From positions 887-64,886 of the forward strand of contig JBBCJA010000018.1 in the NCBI GenBank assembly GCA_037189585.1: a stretch of 64,000 nucleotides of DNA, in the 5' to 3' direction. The stretch comes from Selenomonadaceae bacterium (lineage in GTDB: Bacteria; Vulcanimicrobiota; Xenobia; Xenobiales; JADMJV01). The stretch's first letter is position 1. Every line of letters begins with the position of its first letter. The notes beneath the pieces were generated by a model. That model was not told where the DNA came from. It saw only the letters and a list, made by a program, of their open reading frames with translations, and searched no databases. The translations under genes were made by a program, and so were the position numbers. This document shows, piece by piece, positions 1-8,656 of the stretch.

Positions 1-268
1 ATGTCATCGATTTGTAGAAATGGGTAGGTTTCATCGTCTGAATCACATCACGGATTTGAGTCCGGTCGAACCCCAATTCGGAAGCTGTTCGCAGGGCTGC
101 CTTGTCAAAAAGAGGTTTTCTACAGTAAAGAAAGCGGCTTTGAAAGCTTCCAAATCATAGGTCGGTCTGTATTTGTCAGCCATACAACACCAACACCTTT
201 ATGGTGTATTTTAGCACCTTATTAGCGGCTCCGATAGAGGAGCGTGACCTTACCCTGCTGCTTCATCG

Positions 269-2014
269 CTAACGTTCGATCCAGGAGACGACGCGGATGC
301 GGTCTTCGATGGGGAGAAATTGTGAGAGGTCGACGGGAACATCTCCGGAAGTACCTTGAGTGGAATCAGCCGCTGCTTTACTCAACTCGGCTGTGAGCTG
401 ACTCCGAAGTTGGATCTTAAGCTCCTCGACGCCCGCGCTGTCGTAGGCCATGGCGGCTCCCCCCCATCCCGCCGCCGGAATTGATGCGTCGTACTTGAGA
501 GCGTTCATTGCCTCACCCAAGCTATCAAGATACACCTCGACATCGGCCTGGTCATCAAGAGTCTGAGTCGGCATGCTAAAAGACATAACACCCTGAACCA
601 CCGAGATATCGACCGGAAATCCTCCGTTAGTAGGCTCAAGATCGATATAGAAAGCGCGGGCCACTTTCAAATCTTGCATTGTGGATGGGTCTTCTGTGGT
701 AGTCCTCATCTCGACTGAGAGCTGTGAAGCTCCAACTTCCACCATACGCGGACCACTTACTGGCAGTAATCGCACCTCAATTCCCCCATTGGTGACCCCA
801 CCTCCCCCTGTCTCTTCCGCTATGACAGGCTCATAAAAAACATTGACGTGGTCAAGCTCGACTCCGGTGGAGGCGTGGCCGGTCAGAAGCGAGCCCACCA
901 GCGTGAGATCAGCGGCTCGTAGGCCCTCTTCGGCGTAAAATAGACCGCGTAAGTAAGAGCGTTCGGTACCGTGCCCCGAGAGAGTCACCCGTCCTCCCGA
1001 GATGACAGCCAATTCCGTCATCCCTTCCAGATTCGTCGCTCCGCCGATGGAGATGTCGCCGGTGGCCACGATGACTCCGCTCCCGCTGACACCTCGAGGC
1101 AAGCGTAGCTCTCCCTCCACGAAGAGGTGGGCATTGGAAAGGGTGAGGGGTTGGGAGAAGGTGACCACACCCTGACCGCGAGCCGAACCGGTCAGCTCCG
1201 CCTCGGACCCCGTGACGGGGAAGTGCTCGCGACCGGAGGTTCGTGGGTCGTAGTCGGTGGGACGCAAGGTCGGAAGGTCGACTTTGCTGGAACCGGCACG
1301 AATCTCTCCGCGAATTTGGACTCCGTCGGCTTTCACCACCTGTCCCGGGGTTTCCACGTCTCCTAAGATCGTACTTCCAGAGGCCAGCATCACAGCCTGA
1401 GCATCCGTTCCGTTGGCCAAAAGGTCGGCGGGTAGAAGGTCCTCCTCTCGAGTCGGAGGCGGCCAGACACCATGCGGTAGTGCGGCAATCAAAACACCGT
1501 TGCGAGTCTCCACTCGACCTCCCGAGGCGATGGCCCAGGGAAAAGGAGGCAGGCGCAAGACAGCCTCCACCCGCCGCTCCACTCCGGCCGAGCGACCCAC
1601 CCCCACCAGGTGAACGGTGGAGGAAGGAACCAAAACATCGTCAGCGCCGTGGGTGTCCTCGGTCCGATTGAGGTTGTTGGTGGAATAAGGCAGCCCCTCA
1701 CGCTGTGCCGTCCCCTGATGAAAGGTCAAAAGTCCGAGCGAATGCGAAGTTTCCAGTCGAATCCCCTCATCGACCAGGCGTGCCTCTCCAAACTCCTTGG
1801 CCTGAAGTATCTGGGAGATCGCCTGCGAAACAACCGAACGGGCCGCGTTGGAAGCGGCCAGCCCGTGCTCTTGCCGACTGGAAAGTTGGAGGTGAGTGAC
1901 GCTCAGGCTGGCTAAGGTGAAAGCCAGAACGGCTAGCACACTCACCGCTAGCAAGGCTCCCCCTAAAGAGAGCCCATGCCGATCCGACTCAGAACTCTTT
2001 CCGACGAACTTCAT
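269..2014 (-). CDS. Large membrane-anchored pilus-associated protein (PilX/GspK-like); paralog of the proteins at 47210..49090 and 56028..58985
   Basis: N-terminal TM helix. Shared blocks with the 626-aa protein: LLTFHQG..LPYSTNNL vs VVTFAEGTGFPHSTNNTYL, and HLFVEGELRL..GSGVIVATGDISIGG vs AFLYVEGDLLIKG..GEGLIVVDGNVTFGSG. Confidence 0.5.
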   Translation of the reverse strand: MKFVGKSSESDRHGLSLGGALLAVSVLAVLAFTLASLSVTHLQLSSRQEHGLAASNAARSVVSQAISQILQAKEFGEARLVDEGIRLETSHSLGLLTFHQGTAQREGLPYSTNNLNRTEDTHGADDVLVPSSTVHLVGVGRSAGVERRVEAVLRLPPFPWAIASGGRVETRNGVLIAALPHGVWPPPTREEDLLPADLLANGTDAQAVMLASGSTILGDVETPGQVVKADGVQIRGEIRAGSSKVDLPTLRPTDYDPRTSGREHFPVTGSEAELTGSARGQGVVTFSQPLTLSNAHLFVEGELRLPRGVSGSGVIVATGDISIGGATNLEGMTELAVISGGRVTLSGHGTERSYLRGLFYAEEGLRAADLTLVGSLLTGHASTGVELDHVNVFYEPVIAEETGGGGVTNGGIEVRLLPVSGPRMVEVGASQLSVEMRTTTEDPSTMQDLKVARAFYIDLEPTNGGFPVDISVVQGVMSFSMPTQTLDDQADVEVYLDSLGEAMNALKYDASIPAAGWGGAAMAYDSAGVEELKIQLRSQLTAELSKAAADSTQGTSGDVPVDLSQFLPIEDRIRVVSWIER

Positions 2015-2087
2015 TTGACATCAAATCTTTCTCCGCTCCAGCCCGCACGGCCTTCACTTCCCTACGTGAAAGCGAAGGCCGTTACGG

Positions 2088-2768
2088 CTAGAAGGCGTTA
2101 CGGTTAGGGTCGAAAGGCTCGTTGTCGGGATGAAGGAGAGAGGGAAAGTCAGGATAGGGCCAGTTCGGAGGAGACCCTGGCTCCTGCTTCGGAGGCAAGC
2201 CCGGGATAGAGACCGGCCAGCCTCCTGGCTTCCCGATGGGGAATCCCGTCTTCGGCAAACCTTCAAGAGCGTGCTGGATCATCGTCCCGACCAGGTCCTG
2301 GCGCCCAAACAAGCCGTCGTCTTTAGGGTCGGCTCCGGCGGTGTTGATCTCGCTGATCACCTTAGGATTGGCCAACAAAAATTCGATGGCGCGGCGGAGC
2401 TCCTTCGGGCAGTTCTGATCCTGCAAGGCCAACTTTAGGTCGTCGACACTGAAGATCTTCTTCTTCGTTTTGCTACCCTTGATGTTGTCGAGATAGTCGA
2501 AATTGTCCAGCAGAACCCGCGCGGCCTTGGCCGGAGTCATCATATTTTCCAGAGCTTCCTTGATTTGCTCGTTCGGCGGAATGAAAGCTCCGATGTCCTC
2601 ACCGAGCTTGCCGGCGAAGGCGCGGTACTCCGCCAACGGGCCGGTGTCGCGCTGTGCAGGTCGAGAATTCTCGGATGGTCTCTCGGCGGGAGCCAAGTCC
2701 GCGGCGCGACCACGACTAGGTCCGTTGAGAGAGGTGGTTGCTAAAGAAAGGTGGGGTTTAATATTCAT
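2088..2768 (-). CDS. Hypothetical protein; start trimmed to MNIKPHL, which has a GGAGG RBS
   Basis: ORF with good RBS (cacacGGAGGatagaaATG). No recognisable domain. Confidence 0.45.
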   Translation of the reverse strand: MNIKPHLSLATTSLNGPSRGRAADLAPAERPSENSRPAQRDTGPLAEYRAFAGKLGEDIGAFIPPNEQIKEALENMMTPAKAARVLLDNFDYLDNIKGSKTKKKIFSVDDLKLALQDQNCPKELRRAIEFLLANPKVISEINTAGADPKDDGLFGRQDLVGTMIQHALEGLPKTGFPIGKPGGWPVSIPGLPPKQEPGSPPNWPYPDFPSLLHPDNEPFDPNRNAF

Positions 2769-2785
2769 TTCTATCCTCCGTGTGA

Positions 2786-3571
2786 GTGAGCGTTCTTTCT
2801 GGTTTGAGATTAGCAACCCAGACGACGATGACCCGACGATGGATCGTGAGCGATGTTAAACTCTTCCGAGGAAGCGGGAGGCCCAGTCCCGAAATTCCAG
2901 TCATGGAGAAACCGTTTGAGCCGGGCCTCTGGAGACCGCTCTATCGCGCCGATGATGGACTCTTCGATGGAGAATTTTTGGACGCGGCGGCTCGCTTCGT
3001 TCGAGAACATCCGCTCCTCGCGGGCACGACTCTCAACTCCCGATTCTCGGGCACTCAAGGGTTCTCTATCGCCATGACCCGCAGCGGATTTCCTCGCCTG
3101 GAAAAGGGCTTCCCTTTCTTTCATCAATACCTGGAAAAAGTGAGCCCCGACCGCTGCAACGCTTTTTTCATCAATCCATTAGTGATCGCGGAAGGGAGCT
3201 ACGTGGGTCCGCACATCGATCGCAGCCTATCCTCCTGGACACGACCCGAGCTCCCTCCCTATCCCGTCAAGGTTTCCGTCCTCTATCTCGACGTGCCCGA
3301 CGATCTTCAAGGAGGTACCCTTCTACTGCACCCTCCCTTGTGGACCCTGGCCTCAAAACCGACCATCACGCCGAAAACCGGACGACTGTTCGAATTCCGA
3401 GGCAACCTTCGCCATGAGGTCGCCGAAGTTAAGCAGGCCAAGACCCCGCGCATCTCACTGGTGATGGAAAATTACGAACTGTCGCCGGAGCTTCTACGAA
3501 AGATTCCCGATTTCTATGTACGCAGCACGCGCACGTTCAACTCTTTCATGGAAGAAGCACTGACCGTGTAA
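2786..3571 (+). CDS. 2OG-Fe(II) oxygenase-like protein (PhyH-like); start uncertain (2786, 2828 or 2903)
   Basis: HxD...H-like pattern (GPHIDRS ... LRHEV). Size ~250 aa. Divergent from 2088..2768. Confidence 0.4.
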   Translation: MSVLSGLRLATQTTMTRRWIVSDVKLFRGSGRPSPEIPVMEKPFEPGLWRPLYRADDGLFDGEFLDAAARFVREHPLLAGTTLNSRFSGTQGFSIAMTRSGFPRLEKGFPFFHQYLEKVSPDRCNAFFINPLVIAEGSYVGPHIDRSLSSWTRPELPPYPVKVSVLYLDVPDDLQGGTLLLHPPLWTLASKPTITPKTGRLFEFRGNLRHEVAEVKQAKTPRISLVMENYELSPELLRKIPDFYVRSTRTFNSFMEEALTV

Positions 3572-3634
3572 CACAAAGTTCACTTTTCGCTGCCCTGAAA
3601 AAGGCACAATAATTTCAGTACTTTTTCAGGAGAT

Positions 3635-5413
3635 GTGTTCGTGACCATTCAGCCCAGCATCCAGGCCACCCGCGCCGTTGCCCCCAACACCGTTCGAGAA
3701 AAAGCCGATAACTGCGGCTGCCCTCATAGCGCGGAGTCCGTGGCCTCGCCCAGCGAAAGCTTTGTCCCCTCGGCCCAGAGCGCCAAGGCCGCTCCCGCTA
3801 GTGACGTCGTGGTCTCGAGCGCTTCGGAGAAAACAGCCGAGCTCCAAGCCCCTCAAGATGGTGAGAAAACCGTTCAGGTTTCGGTCTATCAGCAGGACCC
3901 CTTCGTGGCCAAGCCTATCTTGCTTGAAGTTCCTCAAAACGAAATCGGCTCGAACCTCTCCAGCCCTCGCGTGGTCACCAAGGACAACCGCCCCCTGGCC
4001 AAGCCCGATGCCAACGGCAACTACATTTTGGCGGACCTTTCCGACGGAATCGCCCAAACCAACGCCCACGTGATCACCAACGAGACTCTTCAACTGTTCG
4101 AAGGCTACAAGGGTGGAGAGATCAACTGGGCTTCCGGCAAACAGCTTTCCGTCACCCCTCACAAACAGGAAGGTCGTAACGCCTACTACTCCCGCTGGGG
4201 CGGAACCAACTACTTCTACAGCGAGTCGAAGGGTCTGGGCCACACCATGAAGACGGCCAATTCAACGGACGTGGTCTCTCACGAGACCGGACACGCTCTG
4301 CTCGACGGAATCCGTCCAGGCTTTTTCTCCACCCACGACGACGAGACCGGCGCTTTCCACGAAGCCTTCGGTGATTGCGCGGCGATCTTGTTCGGCCTGA
4401 CCCAGAAGGCCAATCGCGACAAGTTCATCGAGCAGACCGGAGGCGACACCACCAAGCACAACGTCTTCTCCTCGCTTGCCGAAGAGTTCGGCGCGGCCCG
4501 TGTGTTAGACAACGACGACCCATCAGATGACCACAAGACCTGGCTTCGCACCACGCAGACCAGCTTCACCTATGTTCCTCCGTCCAAGCTTCCCGACGGA
4601 CGTGGTAGCGAGACCGAGCTCGGTCGCGAGGTGCACTCTTTCTCGCGCCTCTTCTCCTCGGCTTTCTACGACTCGGTCGTGGCGGTCTACAACCAGGCCC
4701 TCGGCGAAGGCAAGTCGATCGACGAGGCTCTGGTCACGGCCGAGCAGATCAACGGGCCGGCCCTGCTTCGCGCCATCGAGTCCGGCTCGCCCAACCGCGC
4801 GACCTTCAAAGCTATCGCGCTGGGAATGGTCGCGGCCGACAAGGCCAACGGCGGGAAATACGCCGACGGAATGGCTCAAGCGTTCATCAACCGCAAGATC
4901 ATCACCGCCGCCGACATCAAGGCTGCCGAGGAAGAAGCCGCTCAACTGCCCGACGTACGCCTGCCCGAAGGACTGAGCAAGGCCAACGCGGTCAACTTCC
5001 TGGAGGCCAATGCCGAAGCGCTGGGTCTATCGGCCGACATCCCCTTCGTTCCTGAGAACGTTTCCAGAAACGGCAAAGGCGAGACCTTCGTCTCCTTCCG
5101 CTACAGCCAGGAAGTGCCCGTGACTGTGGCCGGCTTGGAGGGCAAAGTCACCGATGTCCAAGGTGGATTGAACCTGACCTTCGACGCCAACGGGAAACTG
5201 ATCGGACGCGCCTTCGATCAGATCACCGGCGACACGGTAGAGCGCGAGATGCAGGGAATCGCCAACATGCAAGCTCGCAACGCCATCGTGGACAAAGAGG
5301 CCGTGGGTCTGTTCAAGAACGGCGGCAACGAGAACCTGTTCAAGTCGGCCATCGAGGGGAACAAGATCGTTCGCCTCCCGATCTCCGGCTGCGACCACGA
5401 GCACCACCACTAA
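3635..5413 (+). CDS. Zinc metalloprotease (HExxH zincin) with disordered Ser/Ala-rich N-terminal region and His-rich C-terminus; GTG start
   Basis: HETGHALLDG motif with downstream EAFGD. RBS caggag before GTG. Ends ...CDHEHHH. Followed by a hairpin terminator. Confidence 0.65.
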   Translation: MFVTIQPSIQATRAVAPNTVREKADNCGCPHSAESVASPSESFVPSAQSAKAAPASDVVVSSASEKTAELQAPQDGEKTVQVSVYQQDPFVAKPILLEVPQNEIGSNLSSPRVVTKDNRPLAKPDANGNYILADLSDGIAQTNAHVITNETLQLFEGYKGGEINWASGKQLSVTPHKQEGRNAYYSRWGGTNYFYSESKGLGHTMKTANSTDVVSHETGHALLDGIRPGFFSTHDDETGAFHEAFGDCAAILFGLTQKANRDKFIEQTGGDTTKHNVFSSLAEEFGAARVLDNDDPSDDHKTWLRTTQTSFTYVPPSKLPDGRGSETELGREVHSFSRLFSSAFYDSVVAVYNQALGEGKSIDEALVTAEQINGPALLRAIESGSPNRATFKAIALGMVAADKANGGKYADGMAQAFINRKIITAADIKAAEEEAAQLPDVRLPEGLSKANAVNFLEANAEALGLSADIPFVPENVSRNGKGETFVSFRYSQEVPVTVAGLEGKVTDVQGGLNLTFDANGKLIGRAFDQITGDTVEREMQGIANMQARNAIVDKEAVGLFKNGGNENLFKSAIEGNKIVRLPISGCDHEHHH

Positions 5414-5441
5414 AAGTCACACTCTTTGAGTGCTCGCGAAG

Positions 5442-5470
5442 GCCTCCCGAATCGGGAGGCTTTTTTCATG
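5442..5470 (+). terminator. Rho-independent terminator
   Basis: GGCCTCCCGAATCGGGAGGC hairpin followed by TTTTTT. Confidence 0.6.
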
Positions 5471-5536
5471 CCCGAAGGGCTTGCAAAACATGATTTCGAT
5501 GTGCTAACTTTAGCACTCGTAAGCAGTCTTCCCGGC

Positions 5537-5611
5537 CGGGGTATAGCTCAGCTTGGTTAGAGTGCTTGCTTAGGGAGCAAGAGGTCCCCAGTTCGAATCT
5601 GGGTACTCCGA
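5537..5611 (+). tRNA. tRNA-Pro with apparent anticodon AGG (A34); CCA not encoded
   Basis: Manual cloverleaf. Acceptor CGGGGTA/TACTCCG (C1-G72) with A73 discriminator, typical of bacterial tRNA-Pro. D-stem GCTC/GAGT. Anticodon stem CTTGC/GCAAG with loop TTAGGGA (U33, anticodon AGG, G37). T-arm CCCAG-TTCGAAT-CTGGG. Confidence 0.8.
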
Positions 5612-5685
5612 TTCTTTTAGGCGAAAACTGCTTACGAAGGGAGACGGTGATTCGTCTCCTTTTTCATTTAGGAAGGGGAGGCGAC

Positions 5686-6141
5686 ATGGAAAAAGTCACC
5701 AACATCGAGCAGTATCTCAACCTATTGGTCTACGTGATCCGAGCCGACGGTATCGTCGATGACCAGGAGATTGGACAGCTTCAGGTCCTCCTCCGCTCTC
5801 GCTGCCCCGAGCCCCTCTCCGATGAAGAGCTTCAACAGATCGCGATGCGACTGACCGCCGAGGGTTCGATCAAGGCGACCGACGATGAACTGGTCAAGGC
5901 AGGCTACGGAATCGATGACCACACCCTCATGCTTTTGGTCCGTGACGCCTATTCATTGGCCGCTTCCGATGGTGAGGTGGACGGCTCGGAGATCCAGACC
6001 CTACGCCGCTTCCTACGGCTGCATGGGGTCCCGGTCGAAAGATTCGCCAACATCGATCTGTGGGCGCGCAATCCAGAGGCCGACCTGGAGATCGGGGTCG
6101 CCCTTCTCAGTCCGGCGAAACCCGCCAATCCAACGCCGTGA
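5686..6141 (+). CDS. TerB-like domain protein
   Basis: GGAGG RBS before ATG at 5686. ADG-V-D-EI / SDGEVDGSEI pattern resembles the TerB family. The ORF-table N-extension overlaps the tRNA and is rejected. Confidence 0.45.
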   Translation: MEKVTNIEQYLNLLVYVIRADGIVDDQEIGQLQVLLRSRCPEPLSDEELQQIAMRLTAEGSIKATDDELVKAGYGIDDHTLMLLVRDAYSLAASDGEVDGSEIQTLRRFLRLHGVPVERFANIDLWARNPEADLEIGVALLSPAKPANPTP

Positions 6142-6142
6142 A

Positions 6143-6850
6143 CTATCGATCGCTTTGGCGTAAGGTTGAAGCGGCACCCCAGAGTAGCCCCGAGAAAAGC
6201 CATCCTGACACCGCGGTCGCGAAGAAGCTAAAGGTCGCGTCCAGGTAGCGGGAGGCCGCGAGCTCGGCTAGAGGGTTGAGCAACGTCAAGACCACCGTCC
6301 AGGCGACCGTCTGCAGACTGGCCATTTCTAAAATGTCGGCCGTTGGCTTTGCCCAGTCCAGGCGAACTGAAGGGACGGACGAGGGGCAGTATCCAGTAGC
6401 GGTCAGTAGGGGGACCGCGGTCAAAAAAACTGCCTGTGGATGCCCCAGGGCCAGGGTGGCGAAACAAAGTGAAACAAGAACCGGGAGGGTGGGGTTTTCC
6501 GCTTCCCGCTCGCGCCAAAGGACACGCAGCAGCCCGAAAACAAGGCTCAGCCGCCAAAAATAAGCCAAAAGAAGCCCCAGGCTCGCCGAACCGACCGCTC
6601 CGAGAGCAAGCCTATCGAGCCATAGACCCCGAAGCGTGATAGAGACCCAGAATCCGCCCAGACAGACGGTCCAGATACCATGCCAGACCCGTGAAACTTT
6701 GAAACCTAGCGTTATTCTGCCCAGAAGAACCGCCAGCAAGAGCCCTCCCCAAATAGGGAGCTCGGCGGACGACCAGGCTGAAGGGGACAAAGAGGCCAAC
6801 GCCACGCTCAGTAGCAGGCCCGAGAAGAGACAAAGCGCGGGAGCCAACAA
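6143..6850 (-). CDS. Polytopic membrane protein, hypothetical
   Basis: Multiple hydrophobic helices. No motif recognised. Confidence 0.45.
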   Translation of the reverse strand: MLAPALCLFSGLLLSVALASLSPSAWSSAELPIWGGLLLAVLLGRITLGFKVSRVWHGIWTVCLGGFWVSITLRGLWLDRLALGAVGSASLGLLLAYFWRLSLVFGLLRVLWREREAENPTLPVLVSLCFATLALGHPQAVFLTAVPLLTATGYCPSSVPSVRLDWAKPTADILEMASLQTVAWTVVLTLLNPLAELAASRYLDATFSFFATAVSGWLFSGLLWGAASTLRQSDR

Positions 6851-6856
6851 ACGAGC

Positions 6857-7735
6857 TTATTGGGCCCGCATATCCCGAGTCAGCCAGGAGAGAACCTCAC
6901 CCATCCGCTGACTCCAGGAATACTCGTCGTGACGCGCTCCCAGGGGTTCGTGGTAGCGTAGGTTTCCGTCGAGTTTCCAACCCTTGGACAAGAGCGCCTC
7001 TCCGGTCTCGCGAGTGCGGTCCCTGACATCCTGAACGCCGTTTCCACCCTCGGGCCTGGCGCCCAACTGGCCACCGCGCAAGGGGCGTTGTCCGAAATTG
7101 TCGCTCGAACCCTCTTCCGTCCCCATGTCCAGCCAGATACGCGGTTTAGGTCCATCGCCTTGCGGTGTCTTGAGGATCTGCTCGGCCATCTGGCCGCTGG
7201 CCCACCAGACAGAGGGCGAAAGCGCGCCGACTGCGGCGAAGACTCCCGGATGAGCGATACCGGTGGCGAGCGACACCAGCCCTCCCATGGAACTTCCCAG
7301 CAGAACCCGCTGCTTTGGATTGACCGAGTAGGTGCTCTCCACTGAGGGAAGCACTTCGTCGAGAAGAAAATCTTCGTAAACCTGACCCTTTCCGCCACCG
7401 TACTCAGGGTCGGCGACGTGACTGTAATCGTCAAGGCGCGAAGAGGCGTTATCGATGGCTACTAAAATCGCCTCAGGCATCCGCCCTTGCCGGGTCATCT
7501 GAGCCACGGTCTCGTCGACCTGCCATTCTTGGCCGGCGAATCCCGTCCGTCTGTCGAACATATTCTGCCCGTCGTGCATGTAGACCACGGGATACGACTT
7601 ATGTTCGGGGTCGTAGTTGTCGGGAAGGCGCACGGTCACGCCGCGCCGTGTTCCCAGGTGTTCGGAGGCTATCTCATGCCGAACGAATCGCCCGGTCAAA
7701 GTGCCTCCTGTTAATGGAGATGAGGAGATAAACAC
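6857..7735 (-). CDS. Esterase family protein (PF00756-like, alpha/beta hydrolase)
   Basis: GSSMGG (GxSxG) nucleophile elbow and VVYMHDGQN motif, typical of enterochelin-esterase/esterase D-like proteins. Confidence 0.65.
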   Translation of the reverse strand: MFISSSPLTGGTLTGRFVRHEIASEHLGTRRGVTVRLPDNYDPEHKSYPVVYMHDGQNMFDRRTGFAGQEWQVDETVAQMTRQGRMPEAILVAIDNASSRLDDYSHVADPEYGGGKGQVYEDFLLDEVLPSVESTYSVNPKQRVLLGSSMGGLVSLATGIAHPGVFAAVGALSPSVWWASGQMAEQILKTPQGDGPKPRIWLDMGTEEGSSDNFGQRPLRGGQLGARPEGGNGVQDVRDRTRETGEALLSKGWKLDGNLRYHEPLGARHDEYSWSQRMGEVLSWLTRDMRAQ

Positions 7736-7850
7736 AAATTCATTTAAACAAACTCACCGCGAAGAATTTTGAACGTTCTGTGACATAGCTCACAAACAAG
7801 AGGTTCATGGCTCACTGCGAAAGGTCCCATTCCAGCTCTATGATGGGCTC

Positions 7851-8270
7851 ATGAAAACCGCCGCCCACGTGATGAACACCAGCTACTCGATGCTACCAGT
7901 GATGGTACTTCAGATTCGTCAAAATCAATTCAGCCTGGGACACTTGCGAGGTTTTCTTCATGAGGCGACTCGAGAATTAGCCGACAGAGACCAACGGTTT
8001 CTTCAGACTCGAACTCGTTACTTTCTGCAGCTACGCTCTCGCCGAGAACGACGCGAAATCGATCCGTGCTTCGAGGCCGAGGAAGCGGCTCTCATTCATG
8101 GCCGCCTGGCCCTGGACGCTCTGAAAGGTTTCATCAAAACTCGAAGACGTACTTTTCTCAACGAAGCGCTCTACAGCTTTGAAGCCTCGGAGTGGCAGTT
8201 CGAGCAGTTGCTCCGACTACGCATGCGCCTGACTCCGAACCAGCAAGAGGACCTACAACGCGCGGCCTAG
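7851..8270 (+). CDS. Hypothetical protein (weak call)
   Basis: ORF only. Overlaps the convergent gene end. Confidence 0.2.
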   Translation: MKTAAHVMNTSYSMLPVMVLQIRQNQFSLGHLRGFLHEATRELADRDQRFLQTRTRYFLQLRSRRERREIDPCFEAEEAALIHGRLALDALKGFIKTRRRTFLNEALYSFEASEWQFEQLLRLRMRLTPNQQEDLQRAA

Positions 8271-8653
8271 CTCTGCAATAGGTGCAGATGGAGATAGTGT
8301 TCCGTCACCTGGCGACTTCCAAGAAAAACCTGGAAACGATAGGCTCCCGGCTCGGGGAAAACCATCTGGTTGACGTCGGACTGAACGTGGACTGTCTGCT
8401 CTTGAACTTCTAAAGTGAAATAGAGCTCTGGGCTTTGATGCAGCATCATCGTGTTGGCCGGATTAAAAATCTTAATCCTTTGCACGTGAAACCCCAATCC
8501 TCCACCCCAGGTCGACAACACCGAGAACCGAGGATATGTTATTGGAAAACTCTTGGCATAAAGATCGGTGAATAGCCCATAAAGGTTCAACTTCCCATCG
8601 GGAGCCGGAACAATGGAGTCACAGTAGAGGAAACTCTTGAGGATCGGTTCCAA
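8267..8653 (-). CDS. Hypothetical protein, encoded 3 nt downstream of the GHKL ATPase gene (operon partner)
   Basis: ORF immediately follows 8657..10264 on the same strand. Confidence 0.45.
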   Translation of the reverse strand: MEPILKSFLYCDSIVPAPDGKLNLYGLFTDLYAKSFPITYPRFSVLSTWGGGLGFHVQRIKIFNPANTMMLHQSPELYFTLEVQEQTVHVQSDVNQMVFPEPGAYRFQVFLGSRQVTEHYLHLHLLQS

Positions 8654-8656
8654 AGA

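Noticed and set aside
5566-5685. N-terminal extension of the TerB-like ORF overlapping the tRNA
   Set aside because: Overlaps tRNA-Pro. A GGAGG RBS supports the internal ATG at 5686.
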